Below are positions 30,093-39,625 of a stretch of 64,000 nt of DNA, in pieces. Source of the DNA: a bacterium HR34. GTDB lineage: Bacteria; Patescibacteriota; Minisyncoccia; Minisyncoccales; HRBIN34. Below the pieces are notes generated by a model. That model was not told the DNA's origin and ran no database searches. It saw nothing but the letters and a program-made list of their open reading frames with translations. The stretch spans positions 2,337-66,336 of the forward strand of contig BEIK01000003.1 of NCBI GenBank assembly GCA_002923395.1, in the 5' to 3' direction. The translations under genes and the position numbers were made by a program. Every line of letters starts with the position of its first letter. Positions within the stretch are counted from its first letter, which is position 1.

Positions 30093-31346
30093 ATGATAGA
30101 CATAAAATTAATAAGAGAAAATCCAGATTATATTAAAAAGGCGCTTTCAAAAAGAAAAGTTGATGGTAAATCAATAGATAATATTTTAGAGTTAGATAAA
30201 GTTTATAGAGAAAATTTAACAAATTTAGAAAATCTAAGAGCGCAACTTAATAAAATTTCAAAAAAGGTTCCAAAAACAGATGACAAAGAGCCATTATTAA
30301 AACAGGCGCAAGAAATAAAAAAAGAAATATCTATTTTAGAAGATAAGGTGTCGCAGATAAAAGAAGAATTAGATAATTTAATGTACTCTTTGCCAAACAT
30401 TCCCCAAGAAGATGTACCAGATGGAGGAGAAGACGACTTTATAGAACTTAAAAAATGGGGAGAGCCAACTAAATTTGATTTTGCAATAAAAGACCACTTA
30501 GATTTGGGAGAAGCGTTAGATATTATAGATGTTAAAAGGGCTACTAAAGTTTCTGGGTCTAGATTTTATTATTTAAAAGGAAAAGGGGCTTTATTGGAGT
30601 TTGCTTTGGTAAATTTTATAATTGATAAGGCCTTGAAGAACAATTTTATTCCTGTTATACCACCTGTTTTGATAAGGTATGAGATAATGAAAGCAATGGG
30701 TTATATAGACACTCCAGAAGATTTAGCAGAAAGATATTTCTTAGAAAAAGATAATTTATTTTTGGTTGGAACTTCTGAACAATCAGTTGGGCCAATGCAT
30801 AAAGACGAAGTTTTCGAGAAAGATGATTTGCCAAGGCGATACATTGCTTTTTCAAGTTGTTTCAGAGAAGAGGCAGGTTCTTATGGAAAAGATATAAGAG
30901 GGATATTAAGGGTTCATCAGTTTGATAAGGTAGAGCTTTTTAGTTATGCTTTACCCGAAAAATCGAAAGAAGAGCACGAGTTTTTGGTTAATTTTGAAGA
31001 AAGTTTGTGGCAAGATCTTAAAATACCATACAGAGTTTTGCTTTTAGCAAGTAATGATATGTCAAGACCATCTTCTAAAACGATAGATATAGAAGCGTGG
31101 ATACCTTCGCAAAATAAATATAGAGAAGTAAGCTCTGCTTCTAATACAACTGATTTTCAAGCAAGGAGGTTGAATATTAAATATAAAGATGAACAAAACA
31201 ATTTGCGCTTTGTCCATATGTTAAACGCCACTGGTTTGCCTATTGGTAGAACTATTATAACGATTATGGAAAATTATCAAACAAAAGAAGGTAGAATAAA
31301 AGTTCCTGATGTTTTAGTAAAATATTTAGGCTTTGAAATTATATAA
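30093..31346 (+). CDS. serS: seryl-tRNA synthetase
   Basis: An N-terminal coiled-coil arm (MIDIKLIRENPD), plus RVHQFDKVE, TSEQS and NATGLPIGRT. Confidence 0.95.
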   Translation: MIDIKLIRENPDYIKKALSKRKVDGKSIDNILELDKVYRENLTNLENLRAQLNKISKKVPKTDDKEPLLKQAQEIKKEISILEDKVSQIKEELDNLMYSLPNIPQEDVPDGGEDDFIELKKWGEPTKFDFAIKDHLDLGEALDIIDVKRATKVSGSRFYYLKGKGALLEFALVNFIIDKALKNNFIPVIPPVLIRYEIMKAMGYIDTPEDLAERYFLEKDNLFLVGTSEQSVGPMHKDEVFEKDDLPRRYIAFSSCFREEAGSYGKDIRGILRVHQFDKVELFSYALPEKSKEEHEFLVNFEESLWQDLKIPYRVLLLASNDMSRPSSKTIDIEAWIPSQNKYREVSSASNTTDFQARRLNIKYKDEQNNLRFVHMLNATGLPIGRTIITIMENYQTKEGRIKVPDVLVKYLGFEII

Positions 31347-31351
31347 AAAAT

Positions 31352-32062
31352 ATGGCAACAAGCCTTGTTGTTTTACACGGATGGGGGTCAAACTCTCAAA
31401 GATGGCAAAAAGTCAAAGAATTACTTGAAAGTAAGGGAATTAGTGCTATTATCTATGACTTGCCGGGTTTTGGTTATCAAAAAGAACCAGACAGGCCTTT
31501 TAATTTAGACGATTATATAAATTGGGTTGAGAAGAATATTTTTTCTAAAGTTGATGGCGATTTTATATTACTCGGACATTCTTTTGGCGGAAGAATAGCA
31601 ATAAAATACTGTGGCACTAGAGATGATAAAAGAATAAAAAAACTTATTTTAGTTTCTTCTCCTGTAAGGCCAAAGCATAAACCTTTTTATATAGATTTGA
31701 TTTTGAAAGTTGCTAAAAAACTATCCTTTATTCCGTTTTTTGACAAATTGCGAATTCTTTTTTACAGAAAAATTTTGAGAGTAGAAGATTATATCAAACT
31801 AAAAGGAGTTATGAAAGAAACTTTTAAAAATATTGTTTCAGAAGATATTTCAATTTGGCTTGAAAAAATAAAAGTTAAAACTTTAATAATATGGGGTGAT
31901 AAAGATAAAATTGTTTCTCCAAAATTGGGTTATGAACTAAAAGAAAGAATAAACGATTCAGAGCTAAAAATGATAAAAGGATGCGGCCACGCCCCTTATT
32001 TAACCCATCCACAGGAGTTCGCCGAGATAATTTATAGTTTTATTAAAGGTAAAAAATATTAG
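31352..32062 (+). CDS. alpha/beta-fold hydrolase
   Basis: HGWGS, nucleophile elbow GHSFGG, and a C-terminal GCGHAPYL (catalytic His region). Confidence 0.7.
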   Translation: MATSLVVLHGWGSNSQRWQKVKELLESKGISAIIYDLPGFGYQKEPDRPFNLDDYINWVEKNIFSKVDGDFILLGHSFGGRIAIKYCGTRDDKRIKKLILVSSPVRPKHKPFYIDLILKVAKKLSFIPFFDKLRILFYRKILRVEDYIKLKGVMKETFKNIVSEDISIWLEKIKVKTLIIWGDKDKIVSPKLGYELKERINDSELKMIKGCGHAPYLTHPQEFAEIIYSFIKGKKY

Positions 32063-32086
32063 GAAAATTTTCAAAGTTAAAAATAT

Positions 32087-33859
32087 ATGACGTTACTTGC
32101 TTTTCTACTTAATATTATTTACTTTTTATGGTTTTTAATAATATTAAAAAAGGCATTATTGTGGACAAAATTGTGGCAAACGAAAAATTACTATGTCGGT
32201 AGAATGTTGGCACACCTCGAAACTTACAATGGGAAAAGACTTATCTATAATAAATTAACTTACATAAAAGCATTTTTTATATTATCAGTTGCGGTGTTAT
32301 TTACCATAGGCTCACTTGTTAGTTTTTTTGATTTAATATTTTCTAAAACTAACATAGAATTATTTCATTATATTGCTGAAATTATTGAATCATTTGGTGT
32401 TCTACTTTTTTTCCCCTTCATCTTACCGATATTAATTGCACCTATAATCTATACATTGGAGGCAGGAAAATTTTTCTTCGATACAATAAGTGAAAAAGTA
32501 GAAAAGCCAGTTTTTACCCCAAAAGTTATTGGAATATTGATTTTATCTATTCTTATTCCTATTTTATTATTTTTTGGTTTTGATCATTTCTTATTACCTC
32601 TTTTTGATGAGATGCCATTATTGGGTTGGGGCCTAAAATTTAACTTAATGATCGTCCTAGATGGATTTATGCCCTTAATAGTCACTTTGGTTGTTTTATT
32701 CTTTTCTTTGATTACTTATTTAGTACAAAAACGAACTGAATCTGAGGTTAGGAAGAAACTAAAAGCATTAAATAACCTTAAAATTGTTGCTATTACAGGT
32801 TCTTATGGAAAAAGCACAGCAAAAGAGTTAATAGCCTTATTTTTATCTAAAAAATTTAATATTGTTAAGACAGAAAAAAATACTAATACTTCTTTTGGTA
32901 TTTACGATACTATTTTAAGAGAAGTTAACGAGAATACTGATATTTTTGTGGTAGAAATAGGCGCTTACAAGAAAAATGATATTGAAAAAACATGTAAAGT
33001 TTTTGGAGATAAATTTAAGGTAGGAGTCTTAACAGGAATAAACCAGCAGCACTTAAGGGTATTCGGTTCTCAAGAAAACATAATTAAAGCTAAATTTGAT
33101 ATAGTAAAACAACTTCCAGAAGGTGGTGTTGGGGTTGTTAATTACAATAGTAAATTGGTTGCCCAAAATATTGACATAATAGAAAACAAAAAGAAAATTT
33201 TATGTGGGTCTTCGCAAGAATGCGACTTTCAAGTAATTAATTTAAAGGTTGAAAAAGAAAAAGTATTGTTTACAATTCATAACAAAAGTAGTGGCGAAAA
33301 AGAGAATTTTGAAATTAAAAAACCAGGAGGAGAGCAATTGGCAGAAGGATTTTGCTTGGCTTGTGCTGCGTGCAGCGTTTTTAATATAAGTTTGTCTGAA
33401 ATAAAAGAATCTAGTCCGCAAGTAAACGAACTTTCTCATCCGATATCTTTGTATCACGCTAATAATTTGGATATAGTTGCTTCAACTTATTCTTCAAATC
33501 CCAATAGTGTATTGTCTATAAAAGACTATGTCAAACTTTGGGGCGGGAAAAAAGTTATTATTATGCCATGTCTTATAGAATTAGGAAAAGAAGCAAAAAG
33601 AATCCACAAGGAGTTAGCAATGGAATTAGAAAAAGTTTTTGATTTATCTATTTTTACAACAAGGGATTACGAAAAAGAGATTTTAAAAACTTTTCAGAAC
33701 AAAAACAAAGTGCTATTTTCAAGTGATAAAGAGTTAATTTTAAATAGAATCAAAGAAATTTTGAGCGACACAAAAGACAGCGTGTTGGTTTTAGAGGGGA
33801 GAAGTAGGCAGGATATTATAAATTATATATTCGAAAACTATGGAATTAATAACAATTAA
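32087..33859 (+). CDS. MurF-like Mur ligase with an N-terminal polytopic membrane domain
   Basis: About 215 aa with roughly five hydrophobic spans, then the Mur P-loop ITGSYGKSTAKE and a MurF-type C-terminus (YSSNPNSV...IIMPCLIELGKEAKRIHKEL, compare YNANP and GDMLELG). Confidence 0.7.
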   Translation: MTLLAFLLNIIYFLWFLIILKKALLWTKLWQTKNYYVGRMLAHLETYNGKRLIYNKLTYIKAFFILSVAVLFTIGSLVSFFDLIFSKTNIELFHYIAEIIESFGVLLFFPFILPILIAPIIYTLEAGKFFFDTISEKVEKPVFTPKVIGILILSILIPILLFFGFDHFLLPLFDEMPLLGWGLKFNLMIVLDGFMPLIVTLVVLFFSLITYLVQKRTESEVRKKLKALNNLKIVAITGSYGKSTAKELIALFLSKKFNIVKTEKNTNTSFGIYDTILREVNENTDIFVVEIGAYKKNDIEKTCKVFGDKFKVGVLTGINQQHLRVFGSQENIIKAKFDIVKQLPEGGVGVVNYNSKLVAQNIDIIENKKKILCGSSQECDFQVINLKVEKEKVLFTIHNKSSGEKENFEIKKPGGEQLAEGFCLACAACSVFNISLSEIKESSPQVNELSHPISLYHANNLDIVASTYSSNPNSVLSIKDYVKLWGGKKVIIMPCLIELGKEAKRIHKELAMELEKVFDLSIFTTRDYEKEILKTFQNKNKVLFSSDKELILNRIKEILSDTKDSVLVLEGRSRQDIINYIFENYGINNN

Positions 33860-34889
33860 AAATAAAGAATTGTGGGATAGTTTATGTGATAAATGTTTTC
33901 ATGAAAAAACTTTTTTACAATCTTTTAATTGGGGAGTGTTTAATGAAAAATTAAACAATAAAGTTTTTTATTTTGGGGTAAAAGAGGGGAATGAGATTTT
34001 AGGAATTTGCTTGGTTATAGAAATAAAAGCAAAAAGAGGTACATTTCTGCACGTTCCTCATGGGCCTTTAATTTTTAAAGAAGAAAATAAGTTTAAAGTG
34101 ATGAAATTTTTAAGAGATAAACTATTTGAATTGGCAAAAGAAGAGGGCGCCAGTTTTGTGAGATTTTCTCCTATTCTACAAAAAACAGAAGAAAATGAAA
34201 AAATTTTTATAGATTTAGATTTTAATCCGTCTCCTATACACATGCACCCTGAGGTAACATGGGTTTTAGATATTTCTAAACCTGAAAGCGAACTTTTATA
34301 CGGAATGAGGAAAACAACAAGATATTTAATTAGACAGGCTTTTAACATTAAAGAACTCAAAGTGAGGGCATCAAAAAATATAGAGGATGTAGATAGATTT
34401 TATGACTTATATTCCTATACAGCAAAAGTTCAAAAGTTCACACCTTTTTCTTATAGTTACATAAAAAATGAATTCGAAGTTTTTGCCAATGACAAAAAGG
34501 CAATGCTCTTTTTTGCAGAGTATAAAAATAAACCCTTATCAACTGCTTTTATACTTTTCTGGAAGGATACAATATTCTATCATCATGGCGCTTCTGTGAG
34601 ATCAAAAATTCCAGCGTCATATCTTTTACAGTGGGAAATAATAAAAATAGCAAAACTTTCAAACTATAAATTTTATAACTTTTGGGGAATTTCGCCTGTA
34701 AAAAAAATAGGCAATAAAATAGAATTTGTTAATGAAAAACATCCTTGGAATGGTCTTAGTTTGTTTAAAATGAGGTTTGGTGGTGAAGTGCATGAGTATG
34801 TTAAAACTATGGATTTAGTTGTTTCTAAACCAAAATATTTGTTTAATAGACTTGTTGAAACATTAAGAAAGAAAAAAAGGGGATTGTGA
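33840..34889 (+). CDS. FemAB-family peptidoglycan aminoacyltransferase
   Basis: FLQSFNWG near the N-terminus, a GNAT-like twin-domain size (349 aa), and YHHGAS...YLLQWE. It overlaps the MurF-like gene by 20 nt. Confidence 0.7.
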   Translation: MELITIKNKELWDSLCDKCFHEKTFLQSFNWGVFNEKLNNKVFYFGVKEGNEILGICLVIEIKAKRGTFLHVPHGPLIFKEENKFKVMKFLRDKLFELAKEEGASFVRFSPILQKTEENEKIFIDLDFNPSPIHMHPEVTWVLDISKPESELLYGMRKTTRYLIRQAFNIKELKVRASKNIEDVDRFYDLYSYTAKVQKFTPFSYSYIKNEFEVFANDKKAMLFFAEYKNKPLSTAFILFWKDTIFYHHGASVRSKIPASYLLQWEIIKIAKLSNYKFYNFWGISPVKKIGNKIEFVNEKHPWNGLSLFKMRFGGEVHEYVKTMDLVVSKPKYLFNRLVETLRKKKRGL

Positions 34890-34896
34890 ATAAAAT

Positions 34897-35613
34897 ATGA
34901 GAAATAGAAAAAAGGGTGGTTCAATTTTTATTTTTGTTATTATTGGAGTTATTTTAGTAGGTGTTTTGGTATATTTTTTGTTCTTTTCAAGTTTTTTCAA
35001 AATTCAAAATATATTTCTTGTTTCTAATACAGAAGATTACGATAAATTTAATACTTTTTTTCAAACATATATAAATACGAATATCTTGTTTTTTAATAAA
35101 AATGAGTTCGTCGGCAACTTAAAAGATAAGTTTCCTATAGTCGACAATGTTGATATAAAAAAGAAATTTCCAAATTCTTTAGAGATAAAAATAGAATACA
35201 GGAAACCAAAATATTATGTTTGTTCGGAAGAGTGTTTTCTAATAGATAAAAAAGGATTTGTATTTCAAAAAGTAGATAAATCTTTTAATTTTGATGAGTT
35301 GGTAAAGCTTGAGAACGGTTTTAATAATATAAAAGTTGGCAAATATATTGCAAGCGAAAGCGATTTTAATAAGATAGATTTTATATTAAATAACTTAGCA
35401 GGCAACAACATAAAAGTTTTAAGTGTAGATCTTAAAAACGAAACTGTTTATTTTAATAATGAAGATTTTTCTATAATTTTTGCATTAGTTGAAGATGTGA
35501 ACTGGCAGTTGGAAAAATTTTTTACAGCGTTAAAGAAAATAAAAGACACAGAAGACATGAATAAACTTGAATACATAGATGTAAGATTCGGAGATAGAGT
35601 GTATTATAAGTGA
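34897..35613 (+). CDS. FtsQ/DivIB-like cell division protein (TM plus POTRA-like)
   Basis: The N-terminal TM IFIFVIIGVILVGVLVYFLFF is followed by FKIQNIFLV (POTRA start). The gene sits in a dcw-like cluster. Confidence 0.5.
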   Translation: MRNRKKGGSIFIFVIIGVILVGVLVYFLFFSSFFKIQNIFLVSNTEDYDKFNTFFQTYINTNILFFNKNEFVGNLKDKFPIVDNVDIKKKFPNSLEIKIEYRKPKYYVCSEECFLIDKKGFVFQKVDKSFNFDELVKLENGFNNIKVGKYIASESDFNKIDFILNNLAGNNIKVLSVDLKNETVYFNNEDFSIIFALVEDVNWQLEKFFTALKKIKDTEDMNKLEYIDVRFGDRVYYK

Positions 35614-35710
35614 TTTTTAAATAGGATTAATTGATAAAGAGTATGTAATTTGAGCCCACCTTTTTACTTATTTTTTTTACCGATTTTATTATATTTAATG
35701 AAACATACCC

Positions 35711-35743
35711 GTCCCAAACGTTCACAATGTGAACGTTTGGGAC
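35711..35743. repeat. 33-nt perfect palindrome (family copy 2)
   Basis: GTCCCAAACGTTCAC-AAT-GTGAACGTTTGGGAC has 15-bp perfect arms. It is a GC-rich island in an AT-rich 328-bp gap. Confidence 0.85.
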
Positions 35744-35941
35744 AAGGAATATGTTATTAATTTTTTTCTATTTTTTTTCATAAATTCGAATTGATAAACA
35801 TTAAAAATATTTTTATATCTTTGTGTCGCCAATTTTAAATCAATTATAAAATTAATTTTTATCTGTAAATAAAAACCTTACACATTGAGCTCGCTTTTTA
35901 TTTTTTTATAGTATGATAAAATTTAATATTAATCAAAAATA

Positions 35942-37255
35942 ATGAAAATAAAACAACTTTTAAAGCCTAAAATATTGATTCTTGGTTTCGGAAGAGAGGG
36001 ACAGGATAATCTTAAATTTCTTTTGAAAATAGGCAAAAAATATAATATTGGCATTGCTGACAAAAATTCTCTTGAGGTATTTCCAGAAAGGGTACAGAAC
36101 TTAATAAGAAAACATAAGATAAATTTTTATAGCGGAGATGATTATTTGAAAGCCATAAAAGATTATGAAGTTATTATCAAAAGCCCAGGCATACCATTTA
36201 AAATATTGCCTAAAAAATTACTCAAAGGTAAAATTTTAACAAGCCAGACGGATATATTTTTTAGCAATCATAAAGGAACAATTATAGGAATTACAGGGAC
36301 GAAAGGAAAGAGCACAACAACCACTTTAATTTATAAAATATTAAAGGAAAACCTTAAAACAGGAAAAGCAAAATATAAAAGAGTATTTTTAATTGGGAAT
36401 ATAGGAAAGCCTGTTTTGTCCTATTTGAGAGATAGTAAGAATGGAGATATTTATGTTTATGAACTTTCCTGCCACCAATTGCATAATTTAAGACAAAGTC
36501 CTCATATAGCAGTTTGGACAAATATTTACAGAGAACATCTCGATTACTATAAATCTTTCAAAGATTATTATATGTCAAAGGCTAATATAACTTTGTGGCA
36601 AACAGAAAAGGATCACATAGTTTATGGCGCAGATTACAAAATTGTTGAAAATATAGTTAAAAAATCAAAAGCAATAAAGCACCCTATTAAAGGAAAATAT
36701 TATGAACTTGATTTTGACTTGGCACGTGAAGTTGGAAAAATAATGGGGGTAGAAGATGGAATAATAAACAAAGTTTTTTCAAAATTTAAGAATTTGGAAT
36801 GCAGGCTTGAGTTTGTAGGTGAATTCAAGGGTATAAAGTTTTATAATGATTCTTTGGCAACAATACCAGAAGCTACGATTTTTGCCATAAAAAAATTTGG
36901 AAAAGGCAATATTGGCTCAATATTTTTAGGCGGTTATGAAAGGTTTTATAATTTCAAAGATTTGGCAAAAGTTATTTTAGGTTACAAAATAGATAATTTA
37001 ATTTTATTTCCAGTTACAGGTGAAAGAATTTTGAATGATATTAAAAACGAAGCGAAAAAAAGAAAAATTGTTATGCCAAAATATTTTAATGTTAACAATA
37101 TGAAAGATGCTGTAAAAATTGCCTTTGATGTTACTCCAAAAGGAAAAATATCTTTGCTTTCCTGCGCTTCTCCAAGTTATAACTTGTTTAAAGATTACAA
37201 AGACAGAGGAGATCAATTTAAAAGATATGTTATTTTATTCGGCAAGGAAAATTAA
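35942..37255 (+). CDS. murD: UDP-N-acetylmuramoylalanine--D-glutamate ligase
   Basis: GFGREG N-terminal domain, P-loop ITGTKGKSTTTTL, and SCHQL. Confidence 0.9.
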   Translation: MKIKQLLKPKILILGFGREGQDNLKFLLKIGKKYNIGIADKNSLEVFPERVQNLIRKHKINFYSGDDYLKAIKDYEVIIKSPGIPFKILPKKLLKGKILTSQTDIFFSNHKGTIIGITGTKGKSTTTTLIYKILKENLKTGKAKYKRVFLIGNIGKPVLSYLRDSKNGDIYVYELSCHQLHNLRQSPHIAVWTNIYREHLDYYKSFKDYYMSKANITLWQTEKDHIVYGADYKIVENIVKKSKAIKHPIKGKYYELDFDLAREVGKIMGVEDGIINKVFSKFKNLECRLEFVGEFKGIKFYNDSLATIPEATIFAIKKFGKGNIGSIFLGGYERFYNFKDLAKVILGYKIDNLILFPVTGERILNDIKNEAKKRKIVMPKYFNVNNMKDAVKIAFDVTPKGKISLLSCASPSYNLFKDYKDRGDQFKRYVILFGKEN

Positions 37256-38405
37256 AGATAATCTTGGTTTTTTAAAAAATGATTACTTTGCTTTAATTAT
37301 AATTTTTATAGTAGCTCTTCTTTCAATCGTGGGTATTTTGGCTATATATAGCGCTTCTGCTTATGACTCTTTTCAAAGCTTTGGCAATTATACTTATTTT
37401 TTAAATAGACATCTCGCCTTTATTGGCATTGGGGTTTTAATGTTTTTTATTTTCTATTTTCTAAATCTAAACATTATAAAAAATTATTCTTTTTTCTTTT
37501 TTTTAGCAGCTCTTGTTTTTATGTTTTTTGTTTTTTTACCCGGAATAGGGCAGGGGGTAGGAGAGTCAAAGAGGTGGGTAGATTTAAGATTTATAAGTGT
37601 TCAGCCTTCAGAATTTTTAAAGCCACTTCTTTTAATATATGTTGCAGCGTTTTTTTCAAAATTTAGTTTGGATAAGGATATTAAAAAGGATATTATTAAT
37701 ATAAAAAGTTATTTTCAAAAAGTTTGCCTTCCTTATTTTAAAAAAGTTTGGTTGCCTTTTATTTCAATCATTAGTTCGGTTGCTTTTGCTTTTTATTTTC
37801 AAAAAGATGCAGGTACCTTTTTTTTAATTGCTGCTCCAGTTGCTTTTATGTTTTTGATTACGAGCGCTCCCAAGTTAATTAAGGTTTTAACTGTGATTAT
37901 ATTTTTAATTGCAGCTTTTTTAATGGTTATATCAGAAGAATACAGAATTGTGAGAATTCAAGGTTTTTTTAATTCAACAGATATTTTGAGCTCTGATTAT
38001 CAAAGCGTTCAATCTTTGATTTCTATGGGAAGTGGAGGTCTACTGGGGCAGGGGATAGGTGCTGGTTTTTCTAAAACAAATGTTCCATTAACAAAAAACG
38101 ATTTTATATTCTCTGTTATAGGAGAAGAAATGGGTTTTTTGGGAAGTTTGTTAATAGTTACTTTGTTTATTATTTTTATGATGACAGGATTTTTAATGGC
38201 AAGAAGAGTTGATAATATATTTAATAAACTGCTTATTTATGGTATAGTTATATTATTATCGCTTCAGGCAATGATAAATATTCAATCTGCAGTTGGCGGA
38301 ATAGTTAAAGGTATTCCTTTACCTTTTATAAGTTATGGAGGTTCTGCAACTATTACAGCTTTTAGTATGATAGGTTTGCTACTTAATGCTTATAAAAATA
38401 ATTAA
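37227..38405 (+). CDS. ftsW: SEDS-family peptidoglycan polymerase FtsW/RodA
   Basis: Polytopic protein with RW.DL....QPSEF.K, SD.Q..Q.L...GSGG..G.G and PLPF.SYGGS. I placed the start at the internal ATG 37227 to avoid a 137-nt overlap with murD. Confidence 0.85.
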   Translation: MLFYSARKIKDNLGFLKNDYFALIIIFIVALLSIVGILAIYSASAYDSFQSFGNYTYFLNRHLAFIGIGVLMFFIFYFLNLNIIKNYSFFFFLAALVFMFFVFLPGIGQGVGESKRWVDLRFISVQPSEFLKPLLLIYVAAFFSKFSLDKDIKKDIINIKSYFQKVCLPYFKKVWLPFISIISSVAFAFYFQKDAGTFFLIAAPVAFMFLITSAPKLIKVLTVIIFLIAAFLMVISEEYRIVRIQGFFNSTDILSSDYQSVQSLISMGSGGLLGQGIGAGFSKTNVPLTKNDFIFSVIGEEMGFLGSLLIVTLFIIFMMTGFLMARRVDNIFNKLLIYGIVILLSLQAMINIQSAVGGIVKGIPLPFISYGGSATITAFSMIGLLLNAYKNN

Positions 38406-38413
38406 ATTTATTT

Positions 38414-39625
38414 ATGAGTAAAAAAGTTATTGTTTTTACAGGAGGTGGAACAGGAGGGCATATTTTCCCAATAATTTCTATCGTAAGAGGGTTAAAAAAA
38501 ATAGCTCCAAACGAGTTTGAATATTATTATTTAGGTCCTGAAGATCCTCCAGAATTAATAGCGCCTCTTGAATTAGAAGGTATAAAAGTAAAATTTATAA
38601 AAACAGGGAAAATAAGAAGATATTTCAATATTGGCGACGTTGTTTCTAATGTGGTGGATCTCGTTTTTTATGTTCCAATAGGTATTTTTCAGGCATTTGG
38701 TTTTGTTTTTTCAAAGTATCCGGATTTAGTTTTTTGTAAGGGTGGTTATGGATCTTTACCAACTGCTTTATCTGCTTTTCTTTTAAGAACTCCTATTTTT
38801 TTACACGAATCAGATTTAGAGCCCGGATTGGCTAACAAAATAATTTCTAAATTCAGCCTTCTTATTTTTACATCATTCCAAGAAACTAGTTATTTTAATC
38901 CAAAAAAAACTATATTTGTTGGTAATCCTGTTAGAAAAGAAATGTTTGATATGAAATTAGAGCAAGCAATTGATATTTTGAATATTACAGGAGAAAAAAA
39001 AGTTGTTGCTTTTTTGGGAGGGTCACAAGGAGCCCGTTTTATAAATGAAATGATTTTAAACGCAATAAACGATTTTATTGATAATTTTGAAATAATTCAT
39101 CAAACAGGGAAATATAATTATAAACAAGTATCAGCAGAGGCTTTAGCTTCATTGGCGCCTGAAAAGAGAAAATACTATCATTCTTTCCCAGTTCTTACAG
39201 AAAGACAACTTGCCGCAACTTATAAGATTGCCGATATTATTGTATCTCGTGGCGGAGCTGGAGCAATATTTGAAATAGCAGCATCTGGGAAACCAAGCAT
39301 AATAATACCTTTTCCTTTTGCAGCAAAACATCATCAAGAGCAAAATGCTTTTTATTACCAGAAAAAAGGCGCTTGTATTGTTTTGGAGCAAGAAGTTGCC
39401 ACACCCCACTTTTTTTTGGAAAAAATAAAAAGTATATTAAACAATCCTACGCTTTATGAAAAGATGTCAAAAGCCGCAAAAGAATTCGCTACCATAGACG
39501 CAGGTGATAAAATAGCAAGATATATAGTTTCATACTTAAAACCTGAGATATTACAACAAAAAGAAAAAGAATCTGGAAAAGAAGAACAGATTGAAAAACT
39601 TATAAAACAAAACTATGAAAGTTAG
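38414..39625 (+). CDS. murG: undecaprenyldiphospho-muramoylpentapeptide beta-N-acetylglucosaminyltransferase
   Basis: TGGGTGGHIFP N-terminal G-loop, HESD, GGSQGA and SRGGAGAIFE. Confidence 0.9.
   Translation: MSKKVIVFTGGGTGGHIFPIISIVRGLKKIAPNEFEYYYLGPEDPPELIAPLELEGIKVKFIKTGKIRRYFNIGDVVSNVVDLVFYVPIGIFQAFGFVFSKYPDLVFCKGGYGSLPTALSAFLLRTPIFLHESDLEPGLANKIISKFSLLIFTSFQETSYFNPKKTIFVGNPVRKEMFDMKLEQAIDILNITGEKKVVAFLGGSQGARFINEMILNAINDFIDNFEIIHQTGKYNYKQVSAEALASLAPEKRKYYHSFPVLTERQLAATYKIADIIVSRGGAGAIFEIAASGKPSIIIPFPFAAKHHQEQNAFYYQKKGACIVLEQEVATPHFFLEKIKSILNNPTLYEKMSKAAKEFATIDAGDKIARYIVSYLKPEILQQKEKESGKEEQIEKLIKQNYES

Noticed and set aside
37119-37226. The long N-terminal extension of the ftsW ORF overlapping murD by 137 nt. 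Similar upstream extensions occur for rpmA (44871-44933), dnaJ (52627-52665) and the b5-like gene (50398-50451).
   Set aside because: The extensions are non-conserved and overlap upstream genes or promoters. The internal ATGs give canonical N-termini ([10 protein letters not shown].., [11 protein letters not shown].., a TM start).
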